From the NCBI GenBank assembly GCA_965178125.1, contig CBCXTV010000011.1:1-36372 (forward strand): DNA of 36,372 bases. Direction: 5' to 3'. Below are positions 1 to 10,500 of this stretch, one piece after another. The translations under genes were made by a program, and so were the position numbers. Every line of letters starts with the position of its first letter. Position 1 is the first letter of the stretch. The notes beneath the pieces were generated by a model, which made no database searches, had not been told where the DNA came from, and was given only the letters and a program-made list of their open reading frames with translations. The DNA is from Bilabrum cf. latius (Eukaryota).

Positions 1-390
1 CCGCTAGCATCCCGGCGACGGCGAGGTCGGCGCGGCCCCAAACGGCCAACCTCCAACGCCGGCCACGGGAGGGGGAGGCGCGACACCGGTGGCTCGATGC
101 GCGCCCACCCCTGCAGAGCGCGGGGGCGCGGAGGAGCAAGCCCGCCTGTCCCGGGCGGTGCAGGATCGGCCAGCGAGCCCCCACCGCGGCCATCAACTTG
201 GCCCCCGTGTCCAGCGGCCAGCCCTCCAAGAACGCCCAATCGAAGTACTCGAGCATCGCGATCTCCAGCGTCAGTAGGTCCTTCACCTCCAAACCGGCCT
301 CCTTGCAAAAGCCGTCGAACGCGCTCAGCCTCCGCTCGTAGTCGCGCTGGGTCGATTCGGCGACCACGTTCCATTCCAACCTCGACGGAC
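1..390 (-). pseudogene. N-terminal part of a DIRS-type tyrosine recombinase (frameshifted, truncated by window edge)
   Basis: Manual translation gives RLEWNVVAESTQRDYERRLSAFDGFC...LEIAMLEYFDWAFLEG...GAKLMAAVG, then in a shifted frame ALQGWARIEPPVSRLPLPW, resembling YR N-terminal regions of DIRS-like elements. Catalytic R-H-R-Y residues are not in the window. Confidence 0.65.
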
Positions 391-947
391 CACCGCTCGC
401 GGGGGAAGCCTTCCACGCCCTCATCGTCGCCCTCATCTCTTCGGTGCGCACTTCGGCCTGCATGGGCGCCCCAGCCCGGCGAGGCCGGACCGCAAGGGCA
501 CCAATCCCCCGAGAGCGGCGCGCGGGCGAAGCGCGTCGTGGCTGTGTCCGACCAGACGGAGCCCCGCGCGGCGGCGGCGACGGGCCCACCTCCGCGAAGC
601 CATCCGCGGCCGCCGACGCCACCGAACGCGCCCGGCCGGCCGCCGTGCGGGGCGCCGGCGGCGGGACACCCTTCAGCGCGTCGAAGGCGGCGCTCCGGCG
701 CATACCTCCCATGTTCGACCTCGGCAGCGCCCGATCGTCGCCGACACCGGCGTTCGGCGGCGGAGTACGAGACCGGGCACGGCGGGGAGGCCCCAGCGCC
801 GCCGAGGGCGTCGTCCGTGGCGGCGGGCTCGGCGGCGACGATGTGGAGCCGGGCGTCGCGAAATGCGCGGCGCCAGTCCGCCGCAGACACCTCTCCGGCG
901 CGGGCGGCGTCGGGCTTAGGCGGCCTCTCCCAAGGCGGATCGAACCA

Positions 948-1135
948 ACACGAGGCTTCGTCCGAGGGCTTCAACTCGCTGGCGATCCATCGAAAGCGAC
1001 AACGCGAGCCGGTGGCAAGAAGCAACGCTGCAACAGTGCGGCAAAGGCGAAGGACCTTGAAGTCGGCCGCGCGGCCCCCGTCCAAGGCTAGAGCCAAACC
1101 CAAGTTGTCAGTGAGCGCGAGGTGACGCTGCTGCT
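948..1135 (-). pseudogene. C-terminal half of DIRS-type RNase H
   Basis: Manual translation HLALTDNLGLALALDGGRAADFKVLRLCRTVAALLLATGSRCRFRWIASELKPSDEAS resembles the L.L.DN...KGRS...WI.SE.NPAD.SR pattern. Confidence 0.75.
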
Positions 1136-1519
1136 AGGCGGCGGCCCGCCGGAACTTCCGGCGGAGTCCCCACACCACTGCTCGCCCCTCTTTCATGTGA
1201 ATGGGTTCCTTACGGTGGAACCTACAGGCTTATATCAAGCGCCAGGGGCTCGAGAAGTCCGGATCCACCCACACGTCACTCTCCGGACGCGCACGTTCCC
1301 AACTGACCTTCCGCGCTCGGGCCGGACCCGACTGACACCCCGCGCAATCTGCGGCTGGAGCACCCCACTCGATGCACACGAAACAACAACCAAGGCCTGC
1401 CGCAACTGTGGGCCGCCGTCGTCGGCGCCGAGGACTGCAACGGGGGCGGTGCTACCCGGCTGAGGCGGGAGCCCGGCGACATCGGGGACGGTGGCTCCGG
1501 AGGTCGGCGGGGGTGCAGC

Positions 1520-1781
1520 GGCCGGCGCGGCGGGCGCCGGCTCCTCGGCCGGCGCGGCGGGCACCGGCTCCTCGGCCGACGGCAGGGTCGGGGTCAACGG
1601 CTCCGCGGCCGGCGCGGCGGACACCGGCTCCTCGGCCGGCGCGGCGGGCGCCGGCTCCTCGGCCGGCGGGCACGGCTCCTCGGCAGGCGCGGCGGGCACC
1701 GGCCCCTCGGCCGGCGCGGCTCCTCGCCGTCGGCGACAGGGTCGGGGTCAACGGCCGGCGCGTCGGGCACCGGCTCCTCGG
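1520..1781. repeat. Degenerate ~27-bp minisatellite (GGCCGGCGCGGCGGGCACCGGCTCCTC; EEPxPAAPA on the minus strand) inside a segment interrupting the DIRS element
   Basis: Several tandem, partly diverged copies are directly visible from 1520. Confidence 0.8.
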
Positions 1782-2064
1782 CGAGGCGGTCGGCCTGCAG
1801 CGCGCGCGCGGGTCCAGCCGACGCCCAGCGCGAACCGCCATGATCCGACCACTCCGCCACGCTCTGCGCTTGATGAACCGGCCAATCCGCCTCATGCACG
1901 GCGTATCCGTGAAGAGTGGCGTCCGAACAAGTCACGGCGGGGCTCCAAGCAAGGCTCCAATGAACGCACAACAACGGCACCGCTGCGAAAGCTGCTCGCA
2001 GCTCGTCGTAGACCGAGCACCACAGCGTGCGACGACACCGATAATGCCTCCGAATGAAGCTGTA

Positions 2065-3357
2065 GCACGACGAGAAGCACGCCCAACGCCGGACGATTCA
2101 TCAGCATCACTCACATGAGTGGGATGCCACAGGACGCATTCCAATTGCTGACCCGACACACACCGGGCGCCGAGACAATTCCTTCCACGCTTGGCGCAAC
2201 AAGCCGCGGCGGCGCTGGCCTGGACGCGCCAACATGCGGACTCCGTCGAGCTCCAGGCCAATGCACTTGATGACACGCCTCGCATCCTCGATCTCATGGA
2301 GAGGCAGCCCCCGCGACCGCAACTCTCTCTCGGCGACCTGGCGCGCAGCGCGGGCCTCTCCCGCGCGCGAGGCGATGAAGACCTCGTTGTCGACGTACAC
2401 GACGCGGGCGGGCTCACCTAGCGGAGGCACGCGCAACGGCTGACGATCGGCCGACTCGAGCCTGGACGATCCAAGGTGGGCCTGCTCGAGGAGATACCGG
2501 CGGGCCTGCTGCGTCCAACGAAGGGACCACGAAAATCCCATCGGAAGCACGCGCAAGCAAGGGATGATGAGCTCATCGGGCGAGGTGGCTCGTCCGCACA
2601 CTGACCTGACCCCAACGGACCCGGCGCGCACCGGACGCACTGCGAACAACCGACGCCAAGCCACGGGCAGCTCAAACTGGTAGTAACAGTCTGCTACGTT
2701 CTGCGCTGAAAAGTGCAAGCCGCCGGCATCCGGCGGGGCTGCAAACTCCACAATGGCGGCGCTTGATGCGAGACGAGTAGGCGGCGACCGCCGCAACCGC
2801 TGGTTGGCCCGGCGAGCGTCGATGACAAGGCGCAAGCGACCGCTCTTTTTGCGGGCGCAGAACACAGCAGCGTCTTCTTCGGCCGAATCGTAGTACTCAA
2901 TCATGCGCCGACGCGCAAGCTCTTCGACAAACCACAAGTAATCCTCTCCGCCTTCCTTCAGCGACGGGTCCCAGTAGGGCTGTGGGCGCCCCTCGTGCTC
3001 CCGATGGGCCTGCAAGACCTCCTTAGTACACTCGAGCGAAGAAGGCCCTTCCGCAAGGGAAGCGCGATCGCTCTCCGGCAGCACGTCAAGAAGAGGTACA
3101 GACCCCGCCTGTGCGGGCCACGAGATGAGGTCTCGGCGGAAGGGCGCAATGCAGCTGAGGCCTTCGGGTACGTAGTCCGAAGCCTTACTTCCGAGCAGCT
3201 CTGCAAGAACCGCCTGCGGCGGTTGACAATCCGGACCTGGCTGATCGCGAGCGACGGCCTGGCGGACGAATTCGGCGGCGGCCTCTCGGGCAACCGAAAG
3301 CCTCACGCCAGAGAACTGGGCGCGGGGGGCGCCGAGAAAATTCAGCGCCCACGCCAC
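2065..3357 (-). pseudogene. DIRS/Ngaro-type reverse transcriptase (frameshifted 3' end)
   Basis: Motifs FCARKKSGRLRLVIDARRAN, DCYYQF, LPMGFSWS and catalytic YVDN (2386-2397). Continuation SGQQLECVLWH and LMNRPALGV lies in other frames. Confidence 0.85.
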
Positions 3358-3496
3358 CTCGGTCTCTGCGCGACGCCGCGCGGGTCGCGGTCGCGCCGCT
3401 GCCCTTCATGGCGATTCCGCTCCTCAGGGCCAAAACTGTGGGGACGGGCCCCGGCCGCCGGAGAGGCGGCCATGGCGGTGGGAAAACCGCCGCCGC

Positions 3497-4673
3497 CTAC
3501 TTCGCTCCCTTGCGCGCAAGGGTCCTTTCTTCCTGGGCCTTGCGCTGCTCCTGTAAAATGGCAGCGTCGCACGCCGCCTTCTCGCTCATCCACTTCAGGA
3601 GTTCGGGCGACACCACGGCGCCGCCGGTGCGGCGACCCCGCCCGAGGAAGTACTCGGAGCCGTCGTACGTCCGCTTGCTGTCCGATTTCTTCTTCTGCTC
3701 GTGCTCGACGTACTGCAAGTGGCGCGCCGCCACTTCTGCCGACACCAGATTCGACAAGTCCAGTTGATCCACACACCTCATCATCTCGATGATCTCGCCG
3801 AGCGCCTCGTGAATGATGTTCGTGTACGCCTCCTCGTTCACGCCGTTCTCGTGGCGCCACGTGTGGTGCCGCGCAAGGACGCCGGTACCCATCTTGGCGA
3901 TTTCCTTGACCCACCAGGCGGCTGTGCGCGGGCCCTCCAAGGCCCAGTCGTCGAAGGACTCCTCGCGCAGCGCGTCGGCCGCCGACTGGATGGTCCGGTA
4001 GCGCTCCCCGGACGAGTTCCGCACGACGGCCAGCGTCCGGGCGTCGCCCGGGTCGGCACCGGCGCCGACCGGGCGCGGCGTCAACCGCGACCCCGGGCGC
4101 GCCCACGGAGGAGAGCCAAGCGTCGACCTCGTTGCGCGGCATCTTCTTGACCGCCGCCCACGAGCCCCCGTCCACCAGGGCCAAGGCGAGAGAGCCGCGC
4201 ACGGTGCCCGCATCGACGAGCGACGACGCGACCTCCTCGCCCACGTGAGGCGGCACCAAGTTGACCCAGACGTCGTCCAACTGCAAGGCGCCCGGGGCGA
4301 CCACCACCGCGTCCGGCGGGGCCGACAAGTCCGCCCCCGCCTCGGCACGGTAAATCTCGTCGGCGGCGGCCCGATACCGGTTGAAGGCGATCGTGCTGAG
4401 CTGCCTGGAGAACCAGAACCGGTACACGGCTGGCCATACCTCGCGCCCAGGCCGGGAGGGAGACACCCGGCCACTGGACTCTTGCGCACGCCCGCGAACG
4501 GGGGCACGGCAATGATCTCCGAGTAAACGTCGGCGTCGGGGGTCACCACGAACCATTACGTTCTCACCAACGCCTCGCCTCAACAGCACGCGTGCATGCC
4601 ATGGTTCCTCGGCCTCGCCGTTATCGACGAAGATGATGTCCCCGATCTCCAGCGGGGGGACCTCCATCGACAT
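3497..4673 (-). pseudogene. Gag-like ORF1 of the DIRS-like element (frameshift near 4545)
   Basis: MSMEVPPLEIGDIIFV...WHARVLL joins VTPDADVY...DWALEGPRTAAWW...HEALGEIIE...DQLDLSNLVSAEVAARHLQ. Lies directly upstream of the RT on the same strand. Confidence 0.6.
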
Positions 4674-6307
4674 CGGCACGGGCTCCTTCAAGCTCCGCCA
4701 CGATCTGCGCCGCGCCCGACGTCGCGACGAAACGGCCCCGGCACCAAGAGACGCCGCGAGCCGCGACGACGCCGAAGACGAGCCCCGCGACGAAGCCCAC
4801 CAGGGCGACCCAGAAGGGCACTGGTCTGTCCAGCGAGGTGGGATGCGAAGAGGCCCCGAGCAGCGGAGGGCGGCCTGAGCTAAGTCGCGCTGGCAAGAGC
4901 CCGACACCTCGCCGCCCCAGCCACGGAGGCCCGCCCATGCGACTCGACGCGCGCAAAAAGGATCTCGAGGCAAGAAGATGCGGAGGAGCACGGCTTCCTT
5001 AGGCTTTGCATCCTCATGCATGGCGTCCTCCCTTGCGCTCTGGCAAATCTCGTGAGTACTACCAATGCGGACGATCCGACATCGCTGTACACCATCCACG
5101 AGGAAATGCGGGGCAAGAAGAGCAGTGAGGTGACGGTCCGCATGCGCATCGGGAGGTGCACCGAGCATTCCGAGTCCCATGCCACGGCCAATCTCTTCAA
5201 CTACCACAGCAAGCCCGACGCGTACCGCCCCAAGAAGACTCGTTTGGAGAACTTGCAGATCCAAAATGGCTCGGACATCCAGCAAGTCAAGAAGGTCGGT
5301 CGCGCTCGGATGCTGAGTTCCAATGAGAACTCGCTGTTCGAGAACGTGTGCAAGAAAGACGATTTGATTACTACACCGCGTGCTCAAGCCACTTGACGAT
5401 CAATTGTTTCGACCGCGTGCCTCCGGAGCATCGCGGCAGCAACGCGGGCGTCGCGATCCAGATTCCGTTCGACATCTGCCAGAACCGATCGAACAAGAGA
5501 CCGAGGATCGCAGACCAAACCGTCAACGACAGCTTCCTCCGGCTCCGGTCAAGTGACGGCACAGAGTCCATGATCTCGGACAAGAACATTGCGAATGTCG
5601 CGCTCATAGGTGCGAGCACCAGCAATTCTGCCTCCTATTCCAGTGCCCCGCAGTCCAATGCGCCACCTCAGTCCGGGACCCAGAACCGACGGGTGCTCTT
5701 GGATCCAGACGCACTAGAGAGGCGACAAGTCTTCCAGCGAACGAAGCGGCGGAGGAAGGAGTCGAAGTCCCTTAACGTCAAGCACAAAGTGAGTGTGGTT
5801 ATGAACGCCGGCAGTATCGCTCGGACACACTTTCGGCGGGCGCCCGACTCCGACGACCTCCATCGTGGCATGTGGAGCTCGCCTGCCAACGAGGACGAGT
5901 TAAGAGACAGTGAGAGCACAAGGGAACGTGGCACAAGGCGGGTCGGGGGCAACGGCGGCAGCGCTCGCCGCCGAAGCGGTCAGACGGGGTGACGCGCTGC
6001 GATCTCCCGAGCCGCTTCTTGGGCGAATGAAGCCCGAGGCGACGCGTCTCGACCACAAGCAACAGCCTGGGCGCGGCTAGCGACGTCTTAGGCGAGGCGC
6101 AACTGCGCCAAGCCGGTGTTGCGCCGCCGTCGCGACGTCCATGGAGCCCGCCGGCTGGCCGGCGAGGGGCCGTCCCCCCCTCCAACACGCCAAGGACGCC
6201 GCCCGCCCGCCCAAATGCCCCTCCGCTTGAGCCCGCGCCAGTCCGGGCGCCTGCCCACTCGCCCGCCTGCCCGCATTCGCCCGCCCTCCCGCTCGCCCGG
6301 CCACTGC

Positions 6308-6476
6308 CTTCCAATAGAAGAGCGGGGTGTCGAGCTTTGTCGTGAAGATGCGTACGCCGCGCTTCTCTTTCTTGAACGTCCAACTGTCATACCGATCTAT
6401 CTCGAGGAGCCGGTCGAACTTCTCATGATGCGCTTCGAGGTAGGCGTCGAGGGTGACATCCTCGGAGCTCGGCCGC
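6308..6476 (-). CDS. Probable host-gene exon, START/lipid-binding-like domain fragment
   Basis: 169-nt stop-free segment (RPSSEDVTLDAYLEAHHEKFDRLLEIDRYDSWTFKKEKRGVRIFTTKLDTPLFYWK) bounded by a CCCCAG| acceptor and an AAG|GC donor. The W..KKEK.GV.I motif resembles the START N-terminus. Flanks are low-complexity and intron-like. Confidence 0.55.
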
Positions 6477-6549
6477 CTGGGGCTGAACCCGCCCGACTAC
6501 TTGCCTGCTCGCCCGCCATCCACCCGGCCTTGTCAACCCCGCTCGCGCG

Positions 6550-6760
6550 CCCGCCCCCGCGCGAATGGCCGGACCCGGGCCCGGGCGACGGGCCCGGGCC
6601 CTGTCCCGGCCCCGGGCCTGGACCCAAGGCCACGCCTCCCTTCCACTTCCACCCCCACAACCCCCCCACCACCCACCACCCCAGACCTCAAACCCCCACA
6701 ACGCCACAACCCCCCCCCCCCACCACCACCAACCGCCCCAACACCCCCCCCCCCCCCCCC
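6550..6760. repeat. Low-complexity C-rich tract ending in a long poly-C run; possibly poor-quality assembly
   Basis: CCCGGG-like repeats followed by C/A-rich runs and poly-C at 6744-6760. Confidence 0.7.
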
Positions 6761-7022
6761 GGTCGAGAGACACCTCCCGCCTGGCCTTCACGTTCATGAC
6801 TGCTTGAGCCGAAGCTGTACGTCACGAAGAAGGACATGACCACATAGCGTAGAACCATGGCTGCGCGCAAGGGAATGCTGGTTGTTTTCCGAAGTGAGCG
6901 CAAAGGAAGGCGCAGGTGAGAAGTGTCAAAGGGGCTATACAAGCGAAGAAACGCAAATGGCTTGCTGCAGCATTAGCCTGAGCCGTAGCTGCAAACAGGT
7001 TGACCAAATGCACTGCGAGTCT
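6761..7022 (-). repeat. 3' LTR
   Basis: Identical to 26317-26578 except two substitutions (CCGAAGTGAGCGC vs CCGAGGTGATCGC). Confidence 0.95.
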
Positions 7023-7035
7023 GGTGTGTCCTGGG
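7017..7035 (-). promoter_or_regulatory. Putative plus-strand primer site at the PPT position (non-purine CCCAGGACACACC|AGACTC)
   Basis: Abuts the 3' LTR; an exact 19-nt copy occurs at 20454-20472. Confidence 0.55.
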
Positions 7036-7512
7036 CGAGCTGTACGGCCCAAGACAATCAGACTGCAGGTCGTACATGCTCGAGCCCTGTGTGGCCCGAA
7101 CACTGAACGAAAAGGCACAAAGGGGTTGCGAGGACTGCGCGCGCAGCGCATCGGGCCCGCGTCGGGCCTCTCCTCGCACACAGACTGTACTGCGGTATCT
7201 GCCAGGCCACGCCTGGTGCATCCATTGAACAAAAGGCCGGGGTGCGACAGGAACCACCTGTCCACCCTAAAGGTTCCGACACTGCTGTCGGCTGTACTGT
7301 CACTGGTCGGTCGGGACTGCAGCACCTGCGGGCTTCAGCCGATCGGCATCCACACCGCGGCGCACAAGCGACGTCCGAAGGAGGGAAGCTCCACGGCATA
7401 AACCCACAGGCGTTCGTGCTGGCCCCGTGAGCCGAGCATCCGACTTTCCGACCTCAATGCCCCATTGAACTGAATGCTGAGATGGCTGAGTGAGAGCTGC
7501 CCCGAGTAGGCT

Positions 7513-10500
7513 TCAGCCGATCGGCATCCACACTACTCGGGGCTTCACCACGCTTCTTTCGGACTGCCCATCTGCAACCCAACATAGTCGTTCTAGGGAC
7601 CCCAGTCGGTGATCCTCGTCCTCCATCGGCGCCGTCGTGTCATTCGTCGGGGCCTTGCTCTCCCGGGCCCCAGTCTCGCTGGAGGGACTCGCACTGCTCA
7701 TTTCCTCGTCCTTGTCGTCGTCGTCTTCCTGACTGGTCAACGGCACTGTCTCCACCTCGTTCACAATGCGCTCCATGACGTGGTCCGCATGGCGGCCGAG
7801 CATGGCATGCATGATCGGCGGGAACTTGCCCGTATAGGCGCTCTGGTAGATCCGGGCGATGAACTCCGGGACCGTCATCATCGCGATGCGGTCGCCGACC
7901 TTCTCGGCGATCTCCTTGAACAACTCGGTCCCGATCTTGCTGATCCTCGTCATCGCCTCCTCGTCATGAAAGTCCCCGAATGCGGCCACGTCCTCGTCGG
8001 TCAGCTTGCCGTTGCCCTTCAAGGAGAAATACCACTTCGCGACGTCCGGATGCTCCCTGAGCCACTTGGCACTGACATAAGTCCCGCCGAACCATCGGGC
8101 ACGCGGGAAGGCCTTCTGGAGTCGCCGCTCAAGGAACCGATGGCGTCGGATGTAGGCCTGGATGAACGACAGATTGTCCCACAACACGGGGAAACTGATG
8201 TCCTGCCGCTCGTTCGGCCTGTAGAGGCACTCCTCGCGGCCGAGCTCGTCTCGCCTCACGAGGTGCTGGTAGTACGAACGCTTCCACTCTCCCTGTGACC
8301 ACTCGGTCTCCCAGTAGTTCCGGTACCTCTTCGGCACCTCCTCCTTCAGGGTCAGGTGCCATGGGAGCACGTGGTCATATGCGGGCTGCCACTGGAAGAA
8401 GATCTCCGGCACGTCCACTATGGCCTGGAGGTTGTTCGTGATGTAGGTCTCGATGGCCTCCTGCAAGACGATATTCTGGCGCACCGGCTTCCATGGCTTG
8501 TGGTGGACGGACTCGCTGTACCAATCACTGTCCGAACTGTCGTCGTCGTCACGTAGCGAGATGTGCGCGCTCCGGATGGCGGGCCACTTGGGTGCCCGTG
8601 CGCCCGCCTCGACACGTCGATAACATTGACCCGATGGCTTGCACTGGGCGGCCGTCCGAAGCACAACATTGCCCCTCTCGCGCTGGTCGTGCTCCTGCTG
8701 GGAGAACTTCTCGCGGAGCTCGCAAACACCGCGACAGGGCGTGTAGTAATCTGGAAAGCGGGACAACATTGAGAAGAAAGTTGAGGAAGTGGACTGCACT
8801 GGCCCGATTGCACACGTGCACTCCGCGGCCCACTTCTCCAAGTCCGGCTCGTCCCTGGGCTTCTCCGGGACGAAGTCTGCAAACGCGTTGGCCAATCGGC
8901 GCTTCTTCCGGCGGCCGTCGACCCAGAACTGGAACATGGATTTGGCGAGCGGCTCGACCATTGAACTTGATTCGAATTGGTATCCGATCGCCTTCGTCTG
9001 GTTCTTCGACATCTGGCCGAGGGAAGCAACAAAACCGCCGTTGGCTGGCCTCGCGTTGATTGCGTCAACTGTATCGGCAGGGCTGGTGAACCCAAACATC
9101 CCGGTGAGGAGTCTCAAGCCCTTGTTGTCCTTGTCGATCTCCCGGCCATAGGTGAGCGGTGGAAGCGGCCCGATGACCCCAACTGGTCCCATCGAGCCAT
9201 GGGGAATGCTCCACGGACCGCTCTCCTTCGCCTCGGTCATATAGCCGGTCTCAATCGGCTCATCCTGGCATCGACAATCATTGATCAGAAGTCTGTAGGA
9301 ATGGCATGTGTCCTCGTGGACCTTGGATGCCATGCGCTCCGCCATCTTCTCGGCCATCTCGCGGTAACGGAAACTCGTCGGCCTGCTCGCGGCGCGAGCA
9401 TATCCATTGATCCACGTTGTGCTCAGCGCCTCTCCGACCATCGTAATCGTCGACGAGCTCACCACCTGCTCCTTGCCGTTGCGCATTGCGACCTCGCCAA
9501 GGAGCTCTTTCTCATCGACCCGATAGAACTGGGAGTAGGCGCCCAGGCCGAACAACGAAAAGTCGTCCTTGTCGTACACGGGCCCTGGCTGTTGGTCGTA
9601 GCTCGTGAGGGCCCGGTGCTGGCGAGTGGCCTGGTCATGCTGCTTCTGCTTCTCTTCCTCAGCATTGATCGCGGCGTTCGTGGCACGCAAGGCTGCCCGC
9701 ACCTTCTGGCCGAAGCTCTTGTCGGGGTCAAGAGGATCGCAGACCAAGTCGGCAGCAAGTCCCACGCTGCCTTCAGTCTGTGTAAAGCAACACCCGTAGT
9801 CCGTGAGCTTCCGTCGCCTCAACTTGTGGATGCGGCCGGCCTCGCTGGCCTCGTACCGGCTGAAGACGTCCTGCTCTTTGCCATCCTTGTAGAACCTGCA
9901 ATTCTGGTTGTACAGCGCGGGGTTAAGGTCCGGCGTCGGCGCCACCTCACACATGATGTGGTAGGGAAAGCCGAACGGATCCTCCTCTGGGGTCCCGCGC
10001 TTGAGATCCTCGAGCACCTCGTCCTTGTCCTTCTCCTTGCCTTCGTCGAGCGGTCGGAGGAAGTTGACGTAGAGGCAGTAGCCCAAGATCCGCCTGCCAT
10101 TGACCTCGCGGCCATCTTGAAGCCGCTGCAAAGTCTGGCGGCCCTCTGGTGTCTTGAAGTGCGGAACGAGCTTCGGGTCTGCCCACCACTCGTCGTCCAA
10201 GTTCCACCAGTAGGGACGGATCGGGCACTCCCACTCCGCCTTCCAGTAGTCCCAGCTGGTCTCCTGCGACGGGTCGCCGTCGCCGAACAAGAACCATTCC
10301 TTCGGTGCTCTGAAACACACATCGGCCTCTTTCCCCGGCGGCACATAGGTGTTGTCACAGTCGGTCTCCCACTGCGAGCTGTCTCCGTTCTTGTTGCCGG
10401 GGATCTTGGCCACATGCCAGTAGGCCATTTCCGTGGCGTGGCCGAACCGCCAAAAGAGCCGGTCGTAGTGCTCGGAACGCCGGGTGTCGGTGGTGCCCTG

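Larger units (their letters stand above)
1..4700 (-). mobile_element. Degraded tyrosine-recombinase (DIRS/Ngaro-like) retrotransposon: gag-like ORF, RT, RNase H, start of the recombinase; runs off the left edge
   Basis: Minus-strand order gag-like (~4673-3497), RT (3357-~2065), RNase H C-terminal half (~1135-948), YR N-terminus (~390-1). Multiple frameshifts and a ~0.9-kb unrelated segment inside. Family assignment is from motif recognition. Confidence 0.8.
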
